From: the human T2T-CHM13v2.0 reference genome, Homo sapiens
Strand: one strand, 5' to 3'
Assembly (NCBI RefSeq): GCF_009914755.1
Contig: NC_060933.1
Length of the DNA stretch: 64,000 bases
Translations under genes and position numbers: made by a program
The notes under the pieces: model-generated
What the model saw: the letters and a program-made list of their open reading frames with translations, nothing else
Told to the model about the DNA's origin: nothing
The model's database searches: none
Shown: positions 18,745 through 36,445 of the stretch, one piece after another
Position numbering within the stretch: position 1 is the stretch's first letter
Layout of the letters: each line of letters begins with the position of its first letter

Positions 18745-19876
18745 GTAGGTTCTGTAGGCACCTGGCATGCTGTAGATGCATATAAACGTTGCCCTGTACA
18801 CCCTTTGCCTTGTTATTTCTTTCTGCAGAAAAGAGAGTCGGTTTTTTACACATAATGGGGCAAGAGGCCAATTGGGAAGATATATGGTGTTCAAAGAAAG
18901 CCGTGGTGCCTTGAGATGAGAATGCGGCCACAGCTTTTTGTGGGCTGAATTTGATGGGTGGGAGGTGAGAGACGTGGTCTGGAAGTTGTCTCTTCGTCTG
19001 GCATTCTGCCCCCCTTCCAGAGCTGTTCTGAAAGGCCGGTTTGTTTTATAGAGGGGAGGAGGAGGGCTTAGTAGTTTTTAAAGATCAGTGTAAATTACCT
19101 GCTAGGAGCTTAGGCAATTCCAGGCAGGCCCCCCTGCTGGAGGCTTTCGTAACAGATTTCAGTTCTAGCAGGGAGGAAAACTCAGACTGTGTAGATACCT
19201 GCTTTTTCTTAAAGGAATTTTTTTCGGGCCCTTAAAATGGTAGTTTTGGGAAACTGATTTCTTAGAAATGGCAAACTCCTTTATTTTAAAATACAATATA
19301 CCAAACTATGAATTTACTTTTAAAAAGTTTTATTGGCCGAGAGGTTGATATTTTTTCCATTTCATGATGAGGGTTTGACGGTCACTGCCACCTCCTCTGC
19401 CCGTCCTTCAACTTGGCCCTGTAAAGGATCTCCTTAGCCTTGGCCCCAAGTTTGTACTAGATTCTATCCTTCATTAATTATAGTTCATTCTTGATTAATG
19501 ATAGCAATGCTTCCACTCACTTTTTAAGGAGTTACTCCTTTTCCGTTTGTAATTGAATTGCTTAACAGTAAGAAAAACGTTTTTCCCTAAAACTGGGATC
19601 ACAAAATCCACTTTATCCACATGGACTAAACAGGTAATGCACAAGAGTGCTTGGTTGGGCCCAGGTGACTGCAGAGGAACCTGCTAAGGCTGGGTGGATA
19701 TTGGCCATTTCCACCGAGTATCCATGCAGGAATTCCCATTCAGCCATACAGTGTAGGCAGCTTTTTTTTTTTTTTTTTTTTCCACGAATAGCTGAGAACT
19801 TTTACTTAAAAATAAAAAATGTAAAGCCTGATTTTAAATATTGGCTCATATTTTTTCCTTTTTAGAACACAAAGAG

Positions 19877-20465
<589 letters not shown>

Positions 20466-20967
20466 CCCACAAAGAATAAAATCAAATTTGTTTCATGCAT
20501 CATCTGTTTGCAAAACTCTGCCTTAAAAACTGCTACTGTACACGGTGATTATATTCTCCGATGAATGGAAAATTCTGAACTGTGATGTAGATATTGTACA
20601 TTTTTCATGAAATGAAGTGGTAGAAAACAGAAATTACTACTGGAAATGATCCCTTCTGACTGTCAAATTCTGTTTTCTATGAAGTGTGTGGTATTTCAGC
20701 TATACTGTATTTTTTTTTTTTTTATAGAGCCAACCAAGGACTCTTGTCACTATTTTTATTTATTCTAATGAGAAATGTATTCATGGTTCCAGGTCAGTAT
20801 GTCAAATGTCTAACTCCCTGTCTTAAAAAGGGAGTTCCCAAATGACTGTTCATATAACCATATGTGTTTCTTGTGGAGACTGTCTGTATTCTTGGCTTTG
20901 TCACTGGATTTGTGGCTTAGTGCTGTCACGTTTCCTATCTGAGGCAAATGCCATATATGTTTAGACC

Positions 20968-21173
20968 AGCCTTTCTCAATTGTGGCACTTTTGCCATTTT
21001 TGGCCAGTTAAATTCTGTTGTGGGGGCTGTCCTGTGCATTGCAGGATGTTTAGCAGCATCTCTGGCCTCTACCTACTAAATGCCAGTGCACCCTCCCTGC
21101 AGTTAAATGACCCCAAATGTCTCCAGACATAGGCAAATGTTCCCCGGAGAACAAAGTCATCTTTGGTTGAGGA
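20968..21173. mobile_element. MER20 hAT-Charlie MITE
   Basis: gggggctgtcctgtgcattgcaggatgtttagcagcatctctggcctctacctacta...aaatgtctccagacat. Confidence 0.85.
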
Positions 21174-21806
21174 ACAAAATGAACCTATATTTAAGATGGT
21201 CTAAATGTTTCTGAGATGGTCTAAACATTTATAAGCTTAACAATTAACTTGAAACTCTTCAGGACTAGAGAAGCTATTTGTAAATTTAAACATCTGACGC
21301 CTTGAAACACCTTTATCATAAAGATAACTAAACCAGTGTTCTTTGTGAATGGCCAATGTGTCCTGCCAGTTTCTTTTTTTTTCTTTTTCCTATTCTGAGA
21401 AGCATGCCCTGCCAGTTTCTATCTCCAAAGAAATTTCAAGCGTTCAGTGTATTTGTTAAATTTCATAAAGTTTAAAAAGTTGAAAATGAAAAAGGAATTC
21501 TACGGTAGTTTTAAGTAGAATTTAGTTTTAAGAAAAATTAACCTCTTTTTAGCTAACAGCAATAAAACGAAGACTGCTGTGTATTTCTGTAATCTGAAAA
21601 ATCTCGACTTTCTCAAAGGGAGCGCTACATAATGTATGATATAATTTATATCAGAAGAAAACATGTCCTAGAAATGTAACCCTCTTTCTTAGGACTTACA
21701 TGTGCTCAGGGAGGTTGAAAACAACCTTGATTATGGAGGATGCCTCCTTAGCTGGGGATTAGCTATCCACTGTTCCCTTCCAGAAATCAAACTAATTTGT
21801 AAAACT

Positions 21807-21937
21807 CAGGACTGGCTACATAATTTGTGGGGCCCCTTGTTAAAAAAATTAAGAATTTGAACATGGTGACCACAGAGCATTAAGCCAAGCACGGCCCAGT
21901 GTGACTGCGTTGGTTGCCCACCCATGAGCTGGCCCTG
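21807..21937. mobile_element. MER91-like hAT MITE
   Basis: Termini cagg...ccctg; 8-bp TSD gtaaaact/gtgaaact. Confidence 0.7.
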
Positions 21938-22189
21938 GTGAAACTCTTTATTCATAGCTAAGAGTAAGGTTGTGGTCACAAATGCAAATCTAAACCGTGA
22001 AATGTTACTGCTGCCACTAGGCACCTGGAGTTTCTGCTTCCTTGATTGTTCTTCTGTTTCCAATGAGGAGTCTGCATGTATTTGGTCATCAATGCAATAA
22101 TGTTACTAAGAAATCCTCCCATGATTGATTTTTCGTTTGCTAAAGAGGTAGCCAAATGTTTGTTCATTAGAGTCATGGGTACTGGAGCA

Positions 22190-23989
<1,800 letters not shown>

Positions 23990-24867
23990 TAATTTGAGTT
24001 TGTAAAATGATCGCTGTTGCTGTGTAGAGAATAGTTTAGAGAGGTAGGTCCTGCTGGCACGTTTGGTGTCTTTGTGCAAACCCAAGAAAGGCTTCTATTC
24101 TGTGTGGACCAATTAGAAAAAATGCACCACTGTGTCCCAGCTAGGCCAGGTCAAAAGGCTTCAGCCCCCTGAGCCAGACTTGTTACGCAGGCACAGCCTG
24201 TGCAATCATGTGGCCACCCTGGGGAGGAGGAGGGTGGATGTGAACAAACAGTGCTTTTGCAGTCACCCAGTGATGGCGTAGCAGCACTGGATAACGCTTA
24301 ATGACAGGTGAGGATTGAGATTGAGTGAGATTGGGTTTGTAGTTAAAATCAGCAAGAAGGTGGTGATTATTTGGATATGGTTGATGGAGAGGGAGGTAGC
24401 AAGGATGATTCAAAAGTTTCTGGCATAAACAACTGAGTAGGATGGGATGGTGGAACCATTATGGTGATTGAGAACACAGGAGGAGGAGCGGGTTGGCACG
24501 AGGTGTGGGAGGGAAGATAATGCCTTTTTGGATGTGTGTTTTGTTTGTGAGACATCCAAGTAAAGATGAGGAGTAGACAGTTGCTACTCCTGGAAGAGAT
24601 CTGGGGTGGAGATACATGTTTGGGAGCTGTTGCATGTAAGTATTACTGCATAAAAAGCACTCATCCAAAGAGGGTGTAGAATGAGAAAAGAAAAGGGCTG
24701 GACCCGTAGAGTTTGATCACTGTATTTGGTAGAGGAAGAGAGGCCTGTTAAGGGTACTGAGAAGTGTGATATTCATGCAGGGCAGGGAGGAAATGAGGGG
24801 TCTATGATGTTTTGTTTTGTTTCAGATTGAGATGGAAGAAATTTAAACATGCTCTAATGCTACTGGG

Positions 24868-25167
24868 ATTTTGTTTGTTTTGTTTTTGACAGGATCTCTC
24901 TCCATTGCCCAGGCTGGAGTGCAGTGGCACAATCTTAGCTCACTGCAACCTCCACCCTCTGGGGCTCATGCCATCCTCTCACCTCAGCCTTCAAGTAGCA
25001 CCAAGGGTGTACAGCACTACGCCTGGCTAATTTTTGTATTCTTTTTCTAGAGACGGGTCTCACCATCTGTGTTGTCCAGGCTGGTCTCAAATTCCTGAGC
25101 TGAGGCAATCTGCCCACCTTGGCTTCCCAAAGTGTGGGATTATAGGCATGAGCCACTGTGTCTGGCC
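24868..25167 (-). mobile_element. AluJ-like
   Basis: Alu consensus match; TSD ctactggga. Confidence 0.88.
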
Positions 25168-25354
25168 ACTACTGGGAATTTTCTGGTAGAGAGGAAGAGC
25201 CTAAAGATGCAGGAGGGTAAAATAAATGATAGGACCAGTTTTCAGAGAGGGTGAGAACACAGTGCAGAATTTGGTCTTTGATGGAAGGACGGAGGGAGAG
25301 GATGGATAAAGATGCTTTAGATTTTGGGTCCAGAATCGTGAGGACTTTTTCTGA

Positions 25355-25929
<575 letters not shown>

Positions 25930-26011
25930 TCAAAGCCACTAGGGGTGACAGTCCTGGAGGGGAAGGACCTTTTCAAGCCCCTTCCACATCATGCAGGTTC
26001 ATGTTCCATGT

Positions 26012-26188
26012 CATGGTTCTCGGTGTTGGCTATACATTAGGAACACCTGTGGAACTTTTAAAAAAACCTGACACCCAGGTCAAACTCTATATCAATTCCA
26101 TCAAATCTCTGGTAGGGGGACTCGTTATTGGTCCTTTTTGAAAGCTCCCTGGTGGTTGCAGTGTACAAACCAGATTGAGAGCTACTTG
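26012..26188. mobile_element. MER5-like hAT-Charlie MITE
   Basis: tggttctc...aagctccctggtggttgcagtgtacaaaccagattgagagctact. Confidence 0.6.
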
Positions 26189-26463
26189 CCTGTTGAGTGG
26201 CCCTGAGTCCAGTTAAAGCCACTCTTCTGTGTTGAGCTCCAGCCCCTGCTGCCTGGAGTTTACTGCATTTGTCAGTTGTGTGGAACAGAAAATAAGGCTG
26301 AGACCAATTGTGTAGGACAGAAAACGAGGTTGAGATTATATTGGTATCCAAAGCAGGAAGCGAAGGACAGTCCTTTGGGGGTGTTGAAAGGAAGTGTAAG
26401 AACCTCTATTTATAATTTTATAAGCATTTAAGGTCAAGAATGCCAGTGGTCCCTCTTTCAGTG

Positions 26464-26763
<300 letters not shown>

Positions 26764-27796
26764 CTCCTTCAGTCCTGTGTCTTGTACGGTGAATGTGGTT
26801 TCTAAGGTGGATAAGGAGGCAGGGATTCCTTGCCTAGCTGGAGCCCTGCTCACCTGGCCATCAAGCATACTGTGAGATGTTGCAAGTTAGGAGCTATAGA
26901 GTGTCATCGAGTTGTTTAATTTTAGAAACACAAAGGCTTTAAATTAGAGCATCTCAGGTTAGACTTGTCCCTGAGCGGGTGATAGGTGTACTGAGATACT
27001 GCATTTCTCTCAGCCCTCTCCCTTAAGCCAAGAGAGCTGAAGCTGATGTTTGATGGTTACCTTTTGGTATATATGTCATGGCATGAGAAAGAATCACTGC
27101 TTTAGTCTGTAGAAGCTTTGTCGTCCTTTGCCATGCCCTGGGGAGGGAGCAGGACCATCCTTTGCACCCATCAGAGCATTCCTAGTTCTTTTGTTGCCAG
27201 ATACGTAAGAGTGGTTGAGTTTACAGGTGTCTGCATCTCTCTTTAGCAGAAAGATGGGGTTTCAAATGTGTTGCCTCTTTCCAATTTTGCTATGCCTATC
27301 AGTAGTCAGATATTTTGGGGAGAAGGGAAAAATCCAAGGTAAATGTGAGGTTCTTACAGTGAATTACTTTTCAAAAGAAATTTCTGCTACCAAGGGGCAT
27401 TTGGGAAGTGGCTGTGTGGAGAAGTTTTCATTGTAATGCGAACATATTGCCAAAAAATATTGTACATTTGTGAGTTATCAAAGCTCTCAAAGGAAAAAAA
27501 ATTAAAAACTGGGAAACAGAATTGTCATACTACTTTAATTGAAAAGTAACAATGAGTTTTTAATCCATTTGTTAACTTTATGGGGCACCTGCAGACTATT
27601 TTGATTAGTCTTTACAATTGATTGAAACCCACTGGGCAAATTTCGCCAAAAAACTATGTGATTGGTGGATAGAGGAAACTAAGTGTCAAGATTTAGGTAG
27701 CAGAGCCAAGAGTGCACTACTATAATTGAAGTAATAAGTTTTATTGCATCCTCCAAGTTTTTGAATTATGATACATGTAATTTATTAGTACAATAG

Positions 27797-28556
27797 TGAG
27801 AGACAGGACTAGCTGGATTTCCTAGGCCCACTAAGAATCCCTAAGCCTAGCTGGGAAGGTAACCGCATCCACCTTTAAACATGGGGCTTGCAACTTAGCT
27901 CACACCCGACCAATCAGGTAGTGAAGAGAGCTCACTAAAATGCTAATTAGGCAAAAACAGGAGGTAAAGAAATAGCCAATCATCTATTGCCTGAGAGCAC
28001 AGCGGGAGGGACAATGATCAGGACATAAACCCAGGCATTCCAGCCAGCAACGGCTACCCTCTTTGGGTCCCCTCCCTTTGTATGGGAGCTCTGTTTCCAC
28101 TCTATTAAATCTTGCAACTGCACTCTCTTCTGGTCCGTGTTTGTTACGGCTTGAGCTGAGCTTTTGCTTATTGTCCACCATTGTTCTTTGCCGCTGTTGC
28201 AGACCTGCCACTGACTTCCATCCCTCTGGATCAGGCAGGGTGTCCGCTGTGCTCCTGATCCAGCGAGGCGCCCATTGCCGCTCCCGATCGGGCTAAAGGC
28301 TTGCCATTGTTCCTGCACGGCTAAGTGCCTGGGTTCATCCTAATCAAGCTGAACATTAGTCACTGGGTTCCACGGTTCTCTTCCATGACCCATGGCTTCT
28401 AATAGAGCTATAACACTCACCGCATGGCCCAAGATTCCATTCCTTGGAATCTGTGAGGCCAAGAACCCCAGGTCAGAGAACATGAGGCTTGCCACCATTT
28501 TGGAAGTGGCCTGCCACCATCTTGGGAGCTCTGGGAGCAAGGACCCCCTGGTAACA
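27797..28556 (+). mobile_element. LTR17 (HERV-W) solo LTR, 760 bp
   Basis: tgagagacaggactagctggatttcctaggc...ccaatc...attaaa(28104)...ggaccccctggtaaca; 4-bp TSD atag/gtag. Confidence 0.93.
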
Positions 28557-28887
28557 GTAGTAGATACATAGAATTTTTAAATAAACATACTTATATTAAG
28601 GGTACTCTTAGGGTCTATACTAAGAAATTTTGCATGCTTGTCATTAAAAGCTTTGAGTCCAAGTCCTGTGTGTGTGTATATGACTTTGACTCTAAGTCAA
28701 GTGTAAATGTAACTGTATAGATATGCCATGTATATAATGTAAATAAAATATATACATATATTTATAAATAAGGCAGTCTGAAAACTTGCTTGCTGGTGAA
28801 CTTTAAAACAGCCTCTTTCTCGTGATATACCCCTCCAGTTTATCCAGTGGAAAAGAAAATTACTGCTGGATTAAAAACAAGTGCTTA

Positions 28888-29190
28888 GGCTAGGTGTGGT
28901 ACCTCATGCCTGTAATTTCAGCACTTTGGGAGGTCGAGGCAGGCAGATCGCTTGAGCCCAGGAGTTCGAGACCAGCCTGGGCAATATGGTAAAACCCCAT
29001 CTCTACATAAAAATACAGAAATTAGCTGGGTGTGGTGGTGTGCGTCTGTAGTCCCAGCTACTCAGGAGGCTGAGTTGGGAGGATTGCTTAAGCCCAGGAG
29101 TCGAGGCTGTGGTGAACTGTGATTGGGCCACCACATTCAAGCCTGGGTGACAGAGCAAGACCCTGTCCCAAAAAAAAAAAAAAAAAAAAA
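28888..29190 (+). mobile_element. AluJ-like
   Basis: Alu consensus match. Confidence 0.9.
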
Positions 29191-29741
29191 TGCTCAAACT
29201 AAAGAGTGATAAATACATTGTATACATGTCTTGTTTCTCTTGAAATGTGTACATTTTATCATTCCATAATGTATACATCTATCAAAACATCACATTATAC
29301 CCCATAAATATATACAATTATTATTTGTCAATTAAAAATTAATTTTTTTTTAAAGCCACTTAATGTGCAATTTGCAGACGTCTTCTGGTTAGTCCAAGAT
29401 TCAGCGGGGGTCAGGTGATCAAGAATTTCCTGAAATCAGCAGCTGGATCCAGGAATGGGCTTAGGACACCATCCCAGACTTTGGGGCCCGCCAGGCTTGT
29501 TTGTCCTCTTCATGTAAATGCAGAACTTGCCTCTGAAATATGCCTAATCCTTTCATATAGGTGGAGCCCCTGATCTCATCCATTGTCTACACATTTCTCA
29601 CATCTGTTATGCTAACCAACACAGTCCTTGTATTCACCTTGTGAGGATCTGGTTCTCACACTACTTATGCTAATTAACAAAACCTCTGGTTTGCAATTAA
29701 AAATCCTGAAGCACATGCTATATCTGCTGCTGGAGTGCCCA

Positions 29742-29981
29742 CCACCATGGCTGGCTGATTTTTGTATTTTTAGTAGAGACGGGGTTTCACCACGTTGGCC
29801 AGGGTGGTCTAGAATTCCTGACCTCAGATGATTTGCCCACCTCGGCCTCCTAAAGTGCTGGGATTACAGGTGTGAGCCACTGTGCCCTGCCACACTTGTC
29901 TGTCTTTATGCCTTTGTTTCTTGTAATTTATGGGACCACAGACTCCACCCCTATACTGAAGACCTAGTAATTGCTCCCAGA
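29742..29981 (+). repeat. 240-bp direct duplicate of 31465-31704 (half Alu plus unique flank)
   Basis: Read side by side, the two copies are near-identical, including about 90 bp of non-Alu sequence. Confidence 0.92.
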
Positions 29982-30559
29982 ATTGCTCCCAGGAATGTGC
30001 TCCTGCCTGGGGCGCTTGACTTCCACAAACCCCAGGGTATAGATAAAAACCCGTGCATGTATGTCTCACTGCTATGCAGAAGTGTTTTTCAAGTCAGAAA
30101 TAGACAGCCCACCAATTTTGTTGTTGATTACTTGTGGCAGAAAACTTATGAGTTCCCTGAAAATAAGAGGCATGGCTATAAAAATACAGGATTTAAAAAA
30201 ACATGTATAAGTGGAAATTAGTACCTTTAACATAAGTGTTTTCCAAAGACATTTCTGACCATTTTGAGGCATGTCCTCTGTGCTGTATTCTCCTATTAGG
30301 AAAGACACCAGTTTTTGATGGTAGATGTGATTTTGCAGCATGTCAGAAGTTAGCATTATGAGGTAGATTGGTCATGCTCAGTAATATTATTTTGGGTCAA
30401 AATAAGATGTAAATTTTTTTTTCTTTTGAGACCAGTCTCGCTTTGTTGCCCAGGCTGGAGTGCAGTGGCATGATCACAGCTCACTGCTGCTTCTCCCCAG
30501 TCAGCTCAACTGGTTCTCCCACATCAGCCTCCCGTAAATATTTTTTAAAAATGGACTAG

Positions 30560-30860
30560 GGGCTGGGCATGGTGGCTCAGCCTGTAATGCCAGCACTTTG
30601 GCAGGCTAAGGCTGGCAGATCACTTGAGGTCAGGAGTTCGAGACCAGCCTGGCCAACATGATGAAACCTCGTCCCTGCTAAAAATTAAAAAAAATAGCCA
30701 GGTGTGGTGGCGTTCGCCTGTAATCCCAGCTACTCAGGAGGCTGAGGTGGGAGAATCACTTGAACCCGAACCCGGGAGGCGGAGGATGCAGTGAGTCAAG
30801 ATCGCACCTCTGTACTTCAGCCTGGGCAACAGAGCGAGACTTTGTCTCAAAGAAAAAAAG
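30560..30860 (+). mobile_element. AluS
   Basis: Alu consensus match. Confidence 0.9.
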
Positions 30861-31249
30861 GAAATGAGAAAAGAGAATGTGTGACTGACACCACAAAGAA
30901 ATGTCAGATGTCTCTTTTGGGGTTCTGTGGGTGGCCCTCCCTCCCAAAAAAGTAGAATTGAGTGAAGGGAATGCAGTAGAGCGTGAAAGAACACATACCC
31001 ACAAGGGTGAAGCTGCAGGCTCTGGTTAAAGGCAGCTTTCCACTAGATCTTGACCCTTATGCCCCAGGGCCTCAGCTTTTTCTTGAGTTACAGAGGAGGG
31101 TGCAACTTGGGGCTAGATGGACTTTTTTGTTATGGACTTGCCATATGCTCTTCTTGTAAGTTTTCTTTGTCATGTAAGTTTGAGAAATGCTGAATACCAT
31201 GTCTCTGTCTTTAAATATTTACAGTAGACCTGACTGTCTTAAGGGCTAA

Positions 31250-31613
<364 letters not shown>

Positions 31614-32385
31614 GACACTTGTCTGTCTTTACGTCTTTGTTTCTTGTAATTTATGGGACCACAGACTCCACCCCTAGCCTGAAGACCTAGTAATTGCTCC
31701 CAGAGCTGCTGTTTCCAGCAACACTAGATGCTTCCTGAAGTTTCTTTCAGCTCTACAATGGATGCATTGTTCTAAAAATAGTTTCTAACTATATTGACCA
31801 AGCCTATAATTTCCTCCAGAAACCTCAGCATATAACCTCTGAGTGAATTCCTGGAGAGCAGGGAGCATGTATTATTTATGTTTGTATTTTTCTCCCCAGA
31901 GCCTAGGAATCTATTTTGTATAATAGATTCTCAGTATAGAATTGAGTATATTGAAGTATTTGTTAGTAAACTGGAAATATGGATTTTCATTTTTGAAGTC
32001 TGAAAAAGTTACCCTTAGACATGAGCTCAGATTTGAACAAAAGTCAAAAAAGGGAAAATAATGAATAATAATACATTGCCAATATTAAGGGCTCATTATT
32101 TGTCAAATACAGTATAAACATGTTACAAGTTAGCTCACTTACTCTTTATAAAAACTCTAAGGTATATATGATAATTTCCCCAATGAAATTGTTTAAAGTT
32201 AATTAGTTTTTTAAAAAAACAACAAAAACGCTGAAGCTAGGAGAGGCTAAGAATTTGCTGAAGTTTGGGTTGGGGAATGATGACTCCCAGGTCTCCTGCT
32301 GGGGCAGTCCGGTTGGAGAGCTGAAATCATTGCCACTGTACTCTTCTGTGTCTCAGATGTAAACAAACCCAAGAGAAAATATTCA

Positions 32386-32687
32386 GGACTGGGCACAGTG
32401 GCTCACACCTATCATCCCAGCACTTTAGGAGGCCTAGGTGGATCACTTGAGCCCAGGAGTTCAAGACCAGCCTGGGCAACAGTGCAAGACCTTGCCTCTA
32501 CAAAAAATATAAAAATTAGCCAGGCATGGTGGCATGTGCCTGTACTCCCAGCTACCCAGGAGGCTGAGGTAGAAGGATCGCTTTGAACCTGGGAAGTCGA
32601 GGCTGTAGTAAGCTTTGGTTACGCCACTGCACTCTAGCTTGGGTAACAGAGCGATACCCTGTCTCAGAAAAAGAAAGAAAAGAAAAG
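32386..32687 (+). mobile_element. AluJ-like
   Basis: Alu consensus match; TSD gaaaatattcag/gaaaagattcag. Confidence 0.9.
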
Positions 32688-34264
32688 ATTCAGCCACTAG
32701 TAATCAAAGAAATCACAAAGTGAAACCTTGATGATGTACCATTTTACAGTTGCAATATCGGCAAAAATAATTATACAGTATATTCATATACAGTCATTTA
32801 ACATTATATATAATTAAAATGTATAGTAAATGTAGAGAAAATGGTATCCAGATGTTACTGGGGACAGTATAAGTATCGTTTATTTGGAAGGCAGACAAGA
32901 GGCACAGAAACTTACAAGTAGTGACCTAAAATCCTTATTCCTGGGAATTCCAAGGAAGTCCTTTAAAAGCAAAGCAAAAACAAAGCTATGAATATACAAA
33001 GCTATTCATAGTTCATATTTATAACAGTATAATTTGGAAATACCCTTAATATCCAACCATAAGATAAACTAATTGTGACAAAAACAAATGATATTTTGAT
33101 AGCCAATAAATCAAAAAAGAATAGAAAATGAAATCCCTGCTGCTATTACATCTGAGCAAAAATATAAGTGTATTGTGCAATGTTACGTACCAGAAGAGAA
33201 CATGGAACGTGAACGCAGAGGATGTGTAAGTGAAGTTAGATTGTCAATGGATTTTTGTTTTTGGGAAATTATATGCTTTGCAAATATATTTAATTGGAGC
33301 TTATTTTGGAGAACTGTCACCATTTTATCCCAGTTGGCAATTTTTAAAGAAAATTACTGAAGTGAACATAAAAAATGGAAACATTTCAGAAGTGTTTGAA
33401 TAAACATCCCCTCTCCAAAAAAGAAGATCCTCACTGAATAGTTTTGGGTGTGTGCTTCTCAGTTTTTCCAGTGCATGTTTATAATATATTTATCTGGAGG
33501 CTGGTTTTTTTGTTTGTTTTGAGACGGAGTCTCGCTCCGTTGCCCAGGCTGGAGTGCAGTGGCACGATCTCGGTTCAAGCGATTCTCCTGCCTCAGCCTC
33601 TTGAGTAGCTGGGATTACAGGTGCCCGCCACCACGCCCGGCTTTCTCTGAACATACTGAGGTGCAGCTCATCTTTGAATACCACATCATCTCACATACCT
33701 CTTTTCATGTCATTACAATGAGAATTACTTCATTCTTGGCTTTAGTGCTAATTTCAAATTCAATAACTGTACCAAAATATAATTTAGATGATGTGGAAAT
33801 GGAGAATAAAGATTGCCGCTCAGGTTTATGAAGCTGTTTAAAGGGCACATTCACAGCTTAGATCACAAATCAGTCCCTGAGGGTTGAAGAGGTTGCTCTG
33901 ATGTGTCTTAACACTGAAGCCTCCAAAAAGAGAATCTGTAACATTCATATTCGCAGGAAGATTTGGGAGATTCCAGAGCTCCTCTCTGGAAAAGACTATG
34001 AGCTATAAGGCACACTTAACACAAAGCATCCAAGATGCTGCCCTACATTTTTTGGGAGAAAGGAAGTGGATTTTGTAATATTTGGACATTTGATGTTTTT
34101 TATTTTTATTTTTTGAGTTCATGCTAATTGAATAGACCCACGGAGTAGTGTGGGAGACAAGCCTGAGACTTGACCGAGGCCACTAAGGGCTCTCCAAAGC
34201 ACCCACATGGATAGCTTCACGGAGACAGAGTGATGTGGGATTCAGTGCTGAAGTGAGAGACGAC

Positions 34265-34480
34265 GATAATTCCTGTTTATTGAGCATGTGCTGTGTGTAC
34301 CAGTCACTGTGCTTGGCACTTTACAGATTACTTAAACATCACTGAACAAATGAGAGGAGTCATTACCATATCTCCATTTTTCAGATGAGGAAACTAAGGC
34401 TCAGAGAGGTTAAGCAACTTGCGGAAACCATGCATTTAGGAAGTAACTAACATAGGCTATGTCTTCACTTCTGTTTGACT
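34265..34480 (-). mobile_element. MIR SINE
   Basis: MIR core ccatttttcagatgaggaaactaaggctcagagaggttaagcaacttg. Confidence 0.85.
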
Positions 34481-35474
34481 TCACACTTCTGTTTTGCTCC
34501 GTGGCCTCCAACAGTGAATGATGTTGATTTCAAAGAGGGGCAATCATTGTGGTTTGGGAAAGGACCAGAGGAAGGAGTTGAGCTGGATTTTGAACATGTA
34601 GAGGAAATTGGGGAGACAGTGCTTTTTATTTTTGCTAATGGTTAGCCTTTTGCCATCTGGAATAAGGATACTTAATCTGACAGTCACATTTAGCAAACTG
34701 AAAATCCAGATTTGAGGGCTATCTCTAAAAACAAGGAATCTAGAATTTGGGAACTAGCATTTCTAAGACCAAGCCATTTAGGAGGCTCAAGTACTTAAAA
34801 TTGGGACCGTTCAGAAAACCCAAGACGTGTGGCCCATGTGACACACAGGATGGGTGACCTCAGGGCCAAAAACCCAGGGCCACCTAATCTTTAAGAGGGG
34901 ACAAAATGAACTTTAATTTTCCAATCCAAAATTTTGTTTCCATAAAACCGTGGTGTTCTATTTGGTATTATAAACTGCCTACTTTTAGATTTGAAAAAAA
35001 AAAAGAGAAAAAGAAAAAAGTCCATTACTCTTCAGTGTGGAATTTCAAAGTAGACAATGAGATCTTTTATTCTCATTTTTGGCCTGCAATGATAATGAGG
35101 TTGAAGATTGCTATTTAAAAAAAAAAACACTGTTTGTTTTCTGTATGTATATATAAACAGATATTTCTGCTCAAGCCCATCAAAGTCAGCCTCTGCAAAT
35201 GAAGTCTCCTGCCTGAGAGGACAGGTTTTTTCCATGTAAAACTGTGTTTCGCTGTTACTTATACTTTAAGCAAATTGGGGTAACAGTAAATGTGCACAGG
35301 CAGTCGGAAACACACTGGCCTTTTGGAGAAACTTGGACAACCTTTGTTCTTTTATCTCTAAACTTTCATGACACTAAACTCAAAAAGGTTATTTTTCAGA
35401 CAACCTGCGGTCATACCTACTTATATTTCCCTTATTCTAATATATTGTTCTTCACTGTCTTCTCTTAAATTAAT

Positions 35475-36130
<656 letters not shown>

Positions 36131-36445
36131 TCATTCACTTACCTGCTCTGAAGGTGCATCTAGTCACGTCGTAGTAAGACAGCTGCATCTTTTAAAATCA
36201 TAACAAAGAGACTGAAAACTCCCAAGGTTAAATCTGAGGAAATTCAGTGCATTAAGCATATTTGCACTGTTGTGCAGCCATCTCACCCTAGCCATTCCTA
36301 GAACTTTTCATTATCCCAAACAGAAACTGTACTCATGAAAACAGTAGCTCCCCATTCTTCCCTCCCCCAGCTCTGGAAACAACCATGCTACTTTCTGCCT
36401 CTGCGCATTTGAGTACTCTAGGTACCTCTGTAAGTGGAATCCTAG

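Larger units (their letters stand above)
17500..18760 (+). promoter_or_regulatory. GCNT1: CpG island, main TATA-less GCNT1 promoter with Sp/KLF GC boxes
   Basis: Abrupt GC- and CpG-rich, Alu-free stretch with repeated GGGCGG/GGCGGGG boxes at ~17685-17810. Confidence 0.9.

Noticed and set aside
17599-18931. Pro/Arg/Gly-rich ORFs up to 156 aa
   Set aside because: Expected from stop-codon scarcity in a CpG island.
21190-21425. Short direct repeats (agatggtctaaa twice; cctgccagtttct twice)
   Set aside because: Too short to separate from local slippage; no functional pattern.
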